Part shown: piece by piece, positions 48,636 through 57,414 of the stretch | How the letters are laid out: every line of letters starts with the position of its first letter | Position numbering within the stretch: the stretch's first letter is position 1 | Assembly (NCBI GenBank): GCA_963749075.1 | Contig: CAVVLJ010000017.1 | Span: 224,001 to 288,000 of the forward strand | Direction of reading: 5' to 3' | DNA length: 64,000 nt | Source of the DNA: an uncultured Pseudomonadota bacterium | GTDB taxonomy: Bacteria > Pseudomonadota > Alphaproteobacteria > JACZXZ01 | The notes under the pieces: generated by a model | The model's database searches: none | Told to the model about the DNA's origin: nothing | The model's input: the letters and a program-made list of their open reading frames with translations, nothing else | Program-made: the position numbers and the translations under genes

Positions 48636-50138
48636 TCAAGCGGGGCTCTCGGCCTCGGCACCCTCCAGCAGCATGCGCCTGAGCTTGTGTCCCGCCATTT
48701 GCGCCACGTGCGCGCGGGTGTCGCCGCCGAACTTGCGGCCCACCATGTCGAGGTAGGGCCGGCTCGCGAAGTAACGGTCGAAGGCCGCGTCGCGGAAGCT
48801 CAAGACCTCCCGCGCGGAGAGCTTGGCGGTCGGCAGCGGCAGGCAGTCGTGGCTGTGCTGCGCGAAGCCGCTCCAGCTCGCGGGCAGCGCCCAGCCGTTC
48901 TCGAGGGCGGTGCGGTAGAGGGGCGAGCCGGGATAGGCCATCGCCGAGTAGAAATTGGCGAACTCGCAGTTGAGCGCGAGCGCCAGCTGCAGCGTCTCCT
49001 CCATGGTCTCGAAATCGTCGTCGGGCAGGCCGAAGATGAAGTTGCCGATGACGTTGATGCCGGCCTCCTGGATCTGCCGCACCGCAGCCGTGATGTCATC
49101 CTGGCCGAAGGATTTCTCGGCGCCGTCGCGCACGTGGGCGCTGCCCGACTCGATGCCGAGCGCGAGCCAGCGCACCCCCGCCTTGCGCATGGGTGCCAGG
49201 AGGCGCTCCTTCACCGTATCGACGCGCGCATAGGCCCAGATATTGAGGTCGAGGCCGCGCGCGATGAGATGCTCGCACACGCCCAGCACGTGGCGCTCGT
49301 TGAGCACGAACATCTCGTCGACGATCTTGAAGGTGCGCACGCCGTATTGGTCGTGGAGCAACGCGATCTCGTCTGCCACGGCCTCGGGCTTGCGCATACG
49401 GTAGCGGTTGCTGCCGAAGGGCGCGTTGATGCAGCAGAAGCTGCAGGAATAGGGGCAGCCGAGCGAGGTATAGACCGAGGCGTAGGGCTGGCGCCGGGCG
49501 AGCTCGCCGAAGCACTGCCAGTTGTGCGCCCGGTACTTCGCCATGGGCAGGAGCTCCCAGACGTTGCCGTGGAGCTCGCCGTCGAGATCCTTGATGAGCG
49601 GCGGCGCGGGCGTGCTCTGCACCCTCCCCTCCTCGCGATAGACGAGTCCGGGCACGCCCGCGAGATCGGGCGCACCGCCGCCGTCGAGCGCCTGAAGGAG
49701 GGCCACGACCGTGGCCGGCCCCTCGCCGTTGCAGGCGAAGTCGACCGCCTCCTCGGCGAGCGTGCGCTCGGGCAGTGCCGCCACATGGCCGCCGAGGATG
49801 ATGATCTTCTGCTCCGGGAGTGCTGCCTTGATGGCGCGGCAGGCCGGCCCGGCCGCGGCCATCTGCTGGGTCGAGGCCGAGGGCTGATGGCCGTAGACCA
49901 CCATGGCGGCGAGGCGCGGCCGCAGGGAGGCGACCCGTGCCGCCACCGCCTCGGGCCCCCAGCCTTCGGCCTCGGCATCGAGGATGGCGACTCTGTGGCC
50001 GCGGTCGCGGGCATAGCCGGCGATGAGCCGGCACCAGAGCGGCGGCTCGATGGCGCTGAGGCCCTCGCCGAGCCCCTGGTAGGCCGTCTCGCGGCCGCCC
50101 GGATTGATGAGCAAAAGGTCGAGCTCGGACTCCGTCAT
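48636..50138 (-). CDS. B12-binding radical SAM protein
   Basis: N-terminal cobalamin-binding region (EPPLW, GGHV) and CPYSCSFC; GIESG, FIFGLP, YPGSPLY. Confidence 0.93.
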   Translation of the reverse strand: MTESELDLLLINPGGRETAYQGLGEGLSAIEPPLWCRLIAGYARDRGHRVAILDAEAEGWGPEAVAARVASLRPRLAAMVVYGHQPSASTQQMAAAGPACRAIKAALPEQKIIILGGHVAALPERTLAEEAVDFACNGEGPATVVALLQALDGGGAPDLAGVPGLVYREEGRVQSTPAPPLIKDLDGELHGNVWELLPMAKYRAHNWQCFGELARRQPYASVYTSLGCPYSCSFCCINAPFGSNRYRMRKPEAVADEIALLHDQYGVRTFKIVDEMFVLNERHVLGVCEHLIARGLDLNIWAYARVDTVKERLLAPMRKAGVRWLALGIESGSAHVRDGAEKSFGQDDITAAVRQIQEAGINVIGNFIFGLPDDDFETMEETLQLALALNCEFANFYSAMAYPGSPLYRTALENGWALPASWSGFAQHSHDCLPLPTAKLSAREVLSFRDAAFDRYFASRPYLDMVGRKFGGDTRAHVAQMAGHKLRRMLLEGAEAESPA

Positions 50139-50258
50139 GGGCCACTCTGCTTCCTGTCCAGCCGCTGCCGCCCGCCAGTATAGCGCCGATCCCGGCGGCG
50201 CTGTGCTACGTTTCCCCTCTTCCGCGCCTGCGAAGCGCGCATACGCTCGAGAGGTACG

Positions 50259-50762
50259 ATGGCCAAGGCCGATCACCTGCTGTCCGCGCGCAAGCGCCTC
50301 GTCGGGCAGGACGCGGTCGCGGCGCTCATCGTGCGGGCCAACGGCAGGTACGTGCTGCAGCTGCGCAGCGACAAGCCGTCGATCTGGTATCCCGGCCACT
50401 GGGGCCTCTTCGGCGGCGCCGTCGACCGCGGCGAGGAGCCGCTTGCGGCACTCTACCGCGAGCTCCGGGAGGAGCTCGAGTACGAGCCGCGCGCGGCCGA
50501 ATATTTCGCGCGCTTCGACTTCGACCTCGCGACCCTCGGCCAGGGCTGCCTCCGGCGCACCTTCTATCTCGTCGAGGCGACGGTGGCGGAGTTCCGCCGC
50601 TTCCGCCTGCACGAGGGCGAGGCGGTCGCGGCCTTGCGGGCCGAGGAGCTCTTCGACGGGCGCCGGCTCGTGCCCTACGACGCCTTTGCCCTCTGGCTCC
50701 ATCGCGCGCGCCGCCGCCTGCAAGGAGCGCCGCGGCAACGCCGGCCGGCGGCACGCCGATGA
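50259..50762 (+). CDS. NUDIX hydrolase
   Basis: Nudix box GGAVDRGEEPLAALYRELREEL; preceded by YPGHWGLF. Confidence 0.9.
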   Translation: MAKADHLLSARKRLVGQDAVAALIVRANGRYVLQLRSDKPSIWYPGHWGLFGGAVDRGEEPLAALYRELREELEYEPRAAEYFARFDFDLATLGQGCLRRTFYLVEATVAEFRRFRLHEGEAVAALRAEELFDGRRLVPYDAFALWLHRARRRLQGAPRQRRPAARR

Positions 50763-50886
50763 GCTTCCGCTAGCTCGAAGGGGGAAACTTTAGCGTCTTG
50801 CCCTACGGTAAGGGGTGCTGGAGCATTTGCCTGCCGCGTGCCGAAGGAGGCACAATGGCGCGCGCTGGCGAAGGGCGGGAGGGGAC

Positions 50887-51735
50887 GTGCAAAGCGTGCA
50901 AGAGAGGATCTCGGTCGAGCGGACGGCCGGCGCCTTGGGCGCCGAGATCGGCGGCGTCGATTTGGCGCGCGGCTGCGGCGACGAGACCATCGCGGCGATC
51001 CGCCAGGCGCTCCTCGACCATCTCGTCGTCTTCGTCCGCGGCCAGCGGGATCTCTCGCCCGCCCGGTTCCTCGCCTTCGCGCGCCGCTTCGGCCGGCCCG
51101 TCGAATATCCCTTCGTGCGCGGCATCGAAGGCTTTCCCGAGATCATCGAGGTGGCCAAGCTCGAGCACGAGCGCGTCAATTTCGGCGGCGTCTGGCATTC
51201 CGACACGAGCTATCTCGCGGAGCCTCCCATGGGCTCGATGCTGATCGCCCGCGAGGTGCCGCCCGCCGGCGGCGACACCCTCTTCGCCAACATGTATCTC
51301 GCCTACGAGACGCTCTCGGACGGCATGCGGCGCATGCTCGACGGCCTCGTTGCGGTCAACAGCTCGGCCAAGGCGGACGTGACGCGCACGCGCGAGGACC
51401 GCGTCAAGGACAGCCCCGCCCAGGGAGCCAGGCGCGAATACATAGCCGAGCATCCTGTCGTGCGCACCCATCCCGAGACCGGGCGCAAGGCGCTCTATGT
51501 CAACGTGGCGCATACGGTGCGCTTCAAGGACATGAGCGAGGAGGAGAGCGCCGGGCTCCTCGATTATCTCTTCCGCCACCAGGTGCGTCCCGAGTTCACC
51601 TGCCGCTTCCGCTGGGAGGTGGGCTCGCTCGCCTTCTGGGACAACCGTGCTGCGCAGCACAACCCGATCAACGACTATCACGGCTACCGGCGCGTCATGC
51701 ACCGCATGACGCTCGCCGGCGAGCGGCCGCGCTGA
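50887..51735 (+). CDS. TauD/TfdA family 2-oxoglutarate dioxygenase
   Basis: WHSD, GGDTLF, HPVVRTHP.TG, WDNR..QH, R.MHR. Confidence 0.94.
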   Translation: MQSVQERISVERTAGALGAEIGGVDLARGCGDETIAAIRQALLDHLVVFVRGQRDLSPARFLAFARRFGRPVEYPFVRGIEGFPEIIEVAKLEHERVNFGGVWHSDTSYLAEPPMGSMLIAREVPPAGGDTLFANMYLAYETLSDGMRRMLDGLVAVNSSAKADVTRTREDRVKDSPAQGARREYIAEHPVVRTHPETGRKALYVNVAHTVRFKDMSEEESAGLLDYLFRHQVRPEFTCRFRWEVGSLAFWDNRAAQHNPINDYHGYRRVMHRMTLAGERPR

Positions 51736-51754
51736 GGACGAGGGAGCGAGCGCA

Positions 51755-52618
51755 ATGGCAAAGGCGACTCGCGACGATCCCAACGCCGACCAGATCGCCT
51801 ATTGGAACAGCGACGTGGCCTTGCGCTGGTCGGCCCAGCAGGAGCGCCTCGACGCCGTCTTCGCACCGCTCACCGAGGCGGCACTCGATCACGCGGCCCC
51901 CGGCGCCGGCCAGGCCGTCCTCGATGTGGGCTGCGGCTGCGGCGCCAGCGTGCTCGCGCTCGCGCGCCGCGTCGGCCCCAAGGGCAAGGTGACGGGCGTC
52001 GATGTCTCGAAGCCGATGCTGGAGCTTGCCGCCAAGCGCGTAGGCGCGGAGCAGCACGGGAATGTCGAGCTCGTTCTCGCGGATGCCGCCGCCTATCCGT
52101 TTGCACCTGGAGCCTTCGATCTCGCCTTCTCGCGCTTCGGCGTCATGTTCTTCGCCGATCCGGCGGCGGCCTTCGCGAACATCCGGGGAGGGCTTGCCCG
52201 CGGCGGCCGTCTCGTTTTCGTGACCTGGCGGCCGATGAAGGAGAACCCCTGGTTCGTCGTGCCCCTCGCCGCAGCGCAAGCCCACCTGCCGCCCCAGCCG
52301 CCGCCCGAGCCGAACGCGCCCGGCCCCTTCGCCTTCGCCGACCCCGACCGCGTGCGCGGCATCCTCGCCGCGGCCGGCTTCTCCGCGGTCGAGATCGTCC
52401 CGCACGACACCATGATGCGCATCGCCGGACCGCACGAGCTCGCGGAGGCCACCCAATTCGCCACCCAGGTCGGGCCCGCGGCACGGGCGCTCGCGGACGC
52501 CGAGCCCGCGGCACGCGCCGCGGCGATAGAAGCGATCCGCGACGAGCTCGCCAGGCGCGAGGGGCCGGAGGGGATCAGTTTTGCCGGTGCGGTCTGGCTC
52601 GTCTCGGCGCGGGCGTGA
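51755..52618 (+). CDS. Class I SAM-dependent methyltransferase
   Basis: VLDVGCGCG, GVDVS, FSRFGVMFF.DP. Confidence 0.92.
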   Translation: MAKATRDDPNADQIAYWNSDVALRWSAQQERLDAVFAPLTEAALDHAAPGAGQAVLDVGCGCGASVLALARRVGPKGKVTGVDVSKPMLELAAKRVGAEQHGNVELVLADAAAYPFAPGAFDLAFSRFGVMFFADPAAAFANIRGGLARGGRLVFVTWRPMKENPWFVVPLAAAQAHLPPQPPPEPNAPGPFAFADPDRVRGILAAAGFSAVEIVPHDTMMRIAGPHELAEATQFATQVGPAARALADAEPAARAAAIEAIRDELARREGPEGISFAGAVWLVSARA

Positions 52619-52628
52619 CGGCGCCGTC

Positions 52629-53252
52629 GTGCGTCGAGACGAGCCCGCGCGGAAGACGCTCCTCGACGAGGTGGTGCCGGCCGGCAAGCCCTGGTCGGGC
52701 GTCGTCCTCAAGCGGCAGCACTTGCGCATCACCGACCTCGAGGGCGCCCAGGCGGTGGATTTCCTCTGCTACAACGCGCGCGATGTGGAGGAGCGCTACC
52801 ACGCGCCCAACACCATCAAGGCAGCACGCACCATCGCGCTCACGAAGGGCCACGCCCTCTATTCCGACGTGGCGCGCCCCATCTTCAGAATCGTCGAGGA
52901 CAGCTTCGGCGGCCACGACACCATCGGCGGCGGCTGCAGTGCTGCGAGCAACGAGCTGCTCTATGGCGTCAAGGGATGCCCCGGCTGCCGCGAGAATTTC
53001 CTCGCCGCCCTGGCACCTCGCGGCATGGGGCGGCGCGACATCGTGCCCAACGTCAACTTCTTCATGCGCGTGCCGGTCGGCCAGGCGGGCGAGGCAGCGA
53101 TAGCACTCGGTGCCTCCGAGCCCAGCAGCTTCGTCGAGCTCCGGGCCGAGATGGATGCCCTGGCGGTGATCTCCAACTGCCCGCAGATCAACAACCCCTG
53201 CAACGGCTTCAAGCCCACGCCGATCCGGGTGACGGTGTCGGAGGTGGCGTGA
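52629..53252 (+). CDS. DUF1989 (urea carboxylase-associated, CgdA/B-like) protein
   Basis: LEG.QAVD, HDTIGGGC, CRENF, NFFM, ISNCPQINNPCNG. Start uncertain. Confidence 0.88.
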   Translation: MRRDEPARKTLLDEVVPAGKPWSGVVLKRQHLRITDLEGAQAVDFLCYNARDVEERYHAPNTIKAARTIALTKGHALYSDVARPIFRIVEDSFGGHDTIGGGCSAASNELLYGVKGCPGCRENFLAALAPRGMGRRDIVPNVNFFMRVPVGQAGEAAIALGASEPSSFVELRAEMDALAVISNCPQINNPCNGFKPTPIRVTVSEVA

Positions 53253-53280
53253 GGGGACGTGTGCCGCGCCGCGGGCGTCA

Positions 53281-53404
53281 CCCCCTCCCCTCGATCCGCT
53301 TCGCGGCTCGAGCCCCCTCAAGGGGGGAGGGGAATGAAAAAAGATGAGCAGGCTCATTAAACGAGCCCCCTCCCCCCTTGAGGGGGAGGGTTGGGGTGGG
53401 GGGG
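53281..53404. repeat. Palindromic intergenic repeat pair between convergent genes
   Basis: Two inverted ccccctcaagggggg hairpin units, the same family as the ISAs1 target site. Confidence 0.8.
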
Positions 53405-53415
53405 TACGGGACCGC

Positions 53416-54168
53416 CTACCGGCCGCGCTCCGCCCGGAAAGTGACCACCAGCACGTCGCGGTAGGCGGGCTCGGCGGGATCGATCGGCTCGACGGGGGTG
53501 ACGCCGTGATAGACGCGGCGGTCGTCCACCAGTGCTGCGTCGAAGGGGCCGGCGAGCGTGAAGCTGCCGAGGGTTCTGCGGTCGAGCCCGTGGATCGAGG
53601 TGGTGCCGCGCTTGATGTTGCGGCGGCGGACGAGGAGGACCAGCACGTAATCGACGCCGTCGCGGTGCATGCCCTCGGGCGTCGGGCGGCCTTCCTCGCC
53701 GGCGCGCGCCTCGATGCGGAACTGATGCGTCTCGACGTGCCAGCCGCTTGCGGCCGGCGCCAGGCCGTCGAAAAGCGCGCGGCAGAAGGCGAGCACGGTC
53801 GCCATGCTGGCGCCGCCGGCGATCTCGTCCTTGATGGGTGCGAACCAGCGCGCGACGCCGCCGTTGAGCGGATTGTAGTCGAGGCTCTGATAGTGCGGCT
53901 GGCGCGGCTCGCGGCGGATATTGCCGTCCGCCTCCGCCGCATAGACCGCGTAGCGGCGGCGGCGGTAGCGCCCGCCGTCCGCCATGTAGGTGTCGAGCTC
54001 GAGCTCGTCCCAGCTCGCGGCAAAATCCTGCCAGTCGTCGAGCGGGCCGTGCGCCGCGAGTGCCGCGCGCATCGCCGGCCCTTCGACGAAGGCGAAGCCC
54101 TCACGCCGGATGCGCTCGCCGAGCTGCTCCTCCGGCAGCAGTGCCAAGTCGTTCATGGCGGCGCTCAC
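53416..54168 (-). CDS. 2OG-Fe(II) dioxygenase family protein (BsmA-like)
   Basis: D.YMADGGRYR.RR, YNPLNGG, EGMHRDG, HGVTP, RDVLV. GTGA overlap with the upstream gene. Confidence 0.88.
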   Translation of the reverse strand: MSAAMNDLALLPEEQLGERIRREGFAFVEGPAMRAALAAHGPLDDWQDFAASWDELELDTYMADGGRYRRRRYAVYAAEADGNIRREPRQPHYQSLDYNPLNGGVARWFAPIKDEIAGGASMATVLAFCRALFDGLAPAASGWHVETHQFRIEARAGEEGRPTPEGMHRDGVDYVLVLLVRRRNIKRGTTSIHGLDRRTLGSFTLAGPFDAALVDDRRVYHGVTPVEPIDPAEPAYRDVLVVTFRAERGR

Positions 54169-56183
54169 CAGGCCGCCACGTCGAGCCAGGTGCTCTGGTA
54201 GGTGGCACCCTCGCCCATGTCGGTATAGCGGTCCGAGCACAGCATGTTGATCGTGCCTTCGACCGTCTCCTCGTCGGGACGCTGGCCGGGCACCAGCACC
54301 ACGCCCGGCAGCACCTCGTCGCTCACGCGGAGTGCCAGGCCGACCGTGCCGCGCGCGTTGAAGAGCCGCACCTTTTGCCCGTCCGCGAGCTGGCGCGCGC
54401 GCGCGTCCTCCGGGTGGAGGATGCAGAGCGGCGTCCCCTCGCGCCGGCGGAGGAACGGCACGCCCGAGAAGGCCGTGTGGCTCTGGAAATATCCCGGTGC
54501 CGTCAGCAGGCGCAGCGGCCAGCGCGCGGCCTCCAGCTCCTCCTCGGGATCGGGCCGCCAGTCGGGCATGGGGTCGCGGCCCTCGGCCGCGAGAGTTTCC
54601 GAATAGAATTCGAGCTTGCCCGACGGGGTCTTGAAGCGCTGCCCGCCCTCGGGTGCGATGCGCACGGGTCCCGCCTCGCGCAAGTGCGCCGGGTCGGCCT
54701 TGGCCGCCGTACCGGCGGCGCCGCGGAACATCGCGCGCATGACCTCTTCCTCGCTCATGCGGAAGACCGCGTCCTCGAGGCCCAGGCGCGCGGCGAGCGC
54801 TTGGGCCAAGCGGAAGTTCGACCAGGCCTCGCCCTGCGGCTCAATCGCGCGCGGCGCGTACTGCATGTAATAGGTGCCGTAGGCGCGGTAGAAGTCCTCG
54901 GTCTCGAGGTAGGTCGCGGCCGGCAGCACGATGTCGGCATAGCGCGCGGTGACCGAGAGGAAGGGATCGTGCACCACCGTGAAGAGATCCTCGCGCGAGA
55001 GGCCCCGGCGCACCTTGCCCGCTTCGGGACAGGTCACCGCCGGATTGTTGGCGGCAACGAAGAGCGCCTTGATCGGCGGGTCCGCGAGCGAGAGCAGCGC
55101 CTCGCCCAGGCGGAGATGGTTGACGAGGCGCGTCGCCGCAGGCCCCGAGGGCTTGCGCACCGCATTGTAGTCGAGCTCGCAGGTGGCCGCGGTCAGGAGA
55201 AGGGCGCCGCCGCCCGGGCGGCCGTAGGCGCCGGTCAAGCCGGGGAGGAGGGCGACCGCGCGCAGCGCCTCCCCGCCCCGCGCCAGGCGCGTCATGCCCT
55301 CGCCCAAGCGGATGAAGGAGGCCTTAGCGCGGCCGTAGAGTGCGGCGAGGCGCTCGATGTCCGCCACGGAAACGCCGGTGATCTCGGCCGCGTGCGCGGG
55401 TGCGAAGCGCGGCAGCACCTCGCGTTCGAGCCGCTCGAAGCCGTGCGTATGGCTTGCTATGTAGTCGCGGTCGACGAGCCCGTCGCGCGCGAGGATGTGC
55501 ATGAGGCCAAGCGCCAGCGCCGCGTCGGTGCCGACGCGCACGGGGATGTGCCAGTCGGCGCGCGCCGCCGTGCGGCTGCGCCGCGGATCGATGACCACGA
55601 GCTCGACGCCGCGCTTGCGCGCCTCCTCCACCTTGGCCCAGAAATGCACGTTGGTGGTGACGAGATCGGCGCCCCAGGCAACGATCAGATCGGAGTGCAC
55701 GACCGACTCCGGATCGGCGCCGCCGACCGGGCCCACGGTCATGTCCCAGGCCGTCTCGCAGCAGGTGTCGCACACCGTGCCGGCCTGAAGCCGGCTAGCA
55801 CCGAGCGCGTGGAAGAGGCCGTTGACCAAGCCGCGGTTCATCTGGCCCTGATGCGCGCTATAGGCATAGCCGAGGAGTGCCGTAGGGCCGCATTCGGCGA
55901 TGACCGCCTGCCAGCGCGCCACGATCTCGTCGAGCGCGGCGTCCCAGGAGACGGGGGCGAACTGGCCCTCGCCCTTGGGCCCCGTGCGGCGGAGCGGCGT
56001 CTTGATGCGGCTCGCCGAATGGACGAGCTCGGCGTCGCGGTTCACCTTGGCGCAGGCAAAGCCGGCGGTGAAGGGCTGCCCGGGATCGCCCTCGACGCGC
56101 AGCACGCGCCCGTCCTCGACATGCGCGAGGAGCGAGCACATGTCGGGGCAATCATGCGCGCAAACTACCCGGATCGTCTCCAC
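54165..56183 (-). CDS. Molybdopterin (bis-MGD) oxidoreductase
   Basis: CAHDCPDMC..CAK Fe-S motif, VIDPR, ADIVLPA, C-terminal HPEDA binding domain. GTG 56183 with GGAG RBS. Confidence 0.92.
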   Translation of the reverse strand: METIRVVCAHDCPDMCSLLAHVEDGRVLRVEGDPGQPFTAGFACAKVNRDAELVHSASRIKTPLRRTGPKGEGQFAPVSWDAALDEIVARWQAVIAECGPTALLGYAYSAHQGQMNRGLVNGLFHALGASRLQAGTVCDTCCETAWDMTVGPVGGADPESVVHSDLIVAWGADLVTTNVHFWAKVEEARKRGVELVVIDPRRSRTAARADWHIPVRVGTDAALALGLMHILARDGLVDRDYIASHTHGFERLEREVLPRFAPAHAAEITGVSVADIERLAALYGRAKASFIRLGEGMTRLARGGEALRAVALLPGLTGAYGRPGGGALLLTAATCELDYNAVRKPSGPAATRLVNHLRLGEALLSLADPPIKALFVAANNPAVTCPEAGKVRRGLSREDLFTVVHDPFLSVTARYADIVLPAATYLETEDFYRAYGTYYMQYAPRAIEPQGEAWSNFRLAQALAARLGLEDAVFRMSEEEVMRAMFRGAAGTAAKADPAHLREAGPVRIAPEGGQRFKTPSGKLEFYSETLAAEGRDPMPDWRPDPEEELEAARWPLRLLTAPGYFQSHTAFSGVPFLRRREGTPLCILHPEDARARQLADGQKVRLFNARGTVGLALRVSDEVLPGVVLVPGQRPDEETVEGTINMLCSDRYTDMGEGATYQSTWLDVAAW

Positions 56184-56349
56184 AAGCGCTCTCCATCGTG
56201 ACCGCACCATTCGTCCGCGCGCCCTCGATCAAGCCTTGGGCCAAGCGGAATCCGCGGCGACAATGGCACCGAAAGAGGTCTCGCGAAAGAGCCAGTTTTA
56301 AAAGAACGGCCAGACCACTTGCCGCGGCCGTCCGGCCGGGCGCGCGGCC

Positions 56350-57126
56350 TCACTTGCACTGCCAGTCCTCGACGCCGACCGCCGCCCGCCGCGCCCCGGC
56401 CCCGACCATCTCCTCCTTGGCGAAATCCTGAACGTAGCGCGGCTTGTTCTCGTAGAAGCAGCCGTTCGTCCACTTGCCCACAAAGCCGTGGCCCTTGGCG
56501 TCGCGGTAGGAGCCGTCGCCGTTCGGCAGGTCGTCCTTGAAGTCGCCCTTGTAGCGCCCGCCGTCCGCCATCGTGAGGGTTCCTTCGCCCTCGGCGTGGT
56601 TCTTGTGGAAATCGCCCTCGTAGCGGTCGCCGTCGGCGTGCACGAGGACGCCCTTGCCCTCCATCTTGCCGTCCTTCCAGCCGCCCTCGTAGCGGTCGCC
56701 GTTCTTGAACGCCTCGACGCCGTGGCCGTCGCGCTCGCCGCTCTTCCAATCGCCGTCGTAACGGTCGCCGGTCGACCACACGAAGACGCCGTGGCCGTCG
56801 TGCTTGTCGTCCATCCAGTCGCCCTCGTAGCGGCTGCCGCTCGAGTAGGCGAAGACGCCGTGGCCGCTCATGCGGCCCATCTTGTAGCCGCCCTCGTAGC
56901 GGTCGCTCGGCTTGCCGTTCCTGTACCACTGCATGACGCCGTCGCCCTCGGCGTAGCCGTTCACGCAAGTGCCGCTCCAGGCGACGGATTCGCCGGGCTC
57001 CGGGTAGGCATCCCGCGCGCGGCATCCCTTGGCGTCGGCGATCCAGCCCGGCTCGTGGCTCTGCTGCGCCGCGGCACTGCCGAGCATCAGCATCAGCGCG
57101 GCCAGGCTCACCGCAATTCGCAACAT
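56350..57126 (-). CDS. Secreted MORN-repeat protein
   Basis: Signal peptide and about six YEGxW/F..G..xGxG repeats. Confidence 0.9.
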   Translation of the reverse strand: MLRIAVSLAALMLMLGSAAAQQSHEPGWIADAKGCRARDAYPEPGESVAWSGTCVNGYAEGDGVMQWYRNGKPSDRYEGGYKMGRMSGHGVFAYSSGSRYEGDWMDDKHDGHGVFVWSTGDRYDGDWKSGERDGHGVEAFKNGDRYEGGWKDGKMEGKGVLVHADGDRYEGDFHKNHAEGEGTLTMADGGRYKGDFKDDLPNGDGSYRDAKGHGFVGKWTNGCFYENKPRYVQDFAKEEMVGAGARRAAVGVEDWQCK

Positions 57127-57414
57127 GCAACACCTTTCTCGGAGCGGCCATGGGCCGCCGCGTGTCTCCTACGCCCACAATGTACCATGTATGCGATAAG
57201 CGCGAGCGATCCTGCGGCCCGCTCGGGAGGTGCGGGCGCGCGGCCGCGGGCCAAGTCATAATCAGGGTCGATTACCTCATTGCAAGAAAGATGTGGACCC
57301 CGAGGAGCCGCCTAACTACCGTGCGGCCGGTTCTCAATCGGCATCCAGGGTCCGGCCCTAAGCCGTTGTTTCGACAATAAGACCGATCGAGCCGCCGGAC
57401 CGCTGCACGAGCTT

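Noticed and set aside
50139-50738. N-terminal extension of the 700-aa radical SAM ORF
   Set aside because: Antisense to the NUDIX gene; the real start is ATG 50138.
53344-54201. 285-aa plus-strand ORF starting in the palindromic repeat
   Set aside because: Begins with translated repeat sequence (PSPLEGEGWGGG) and is antisense to the dioxygenase.
56480-56960. ~69 bp periodic repeats
   Set aside because: Explained by MORN protein repeats.
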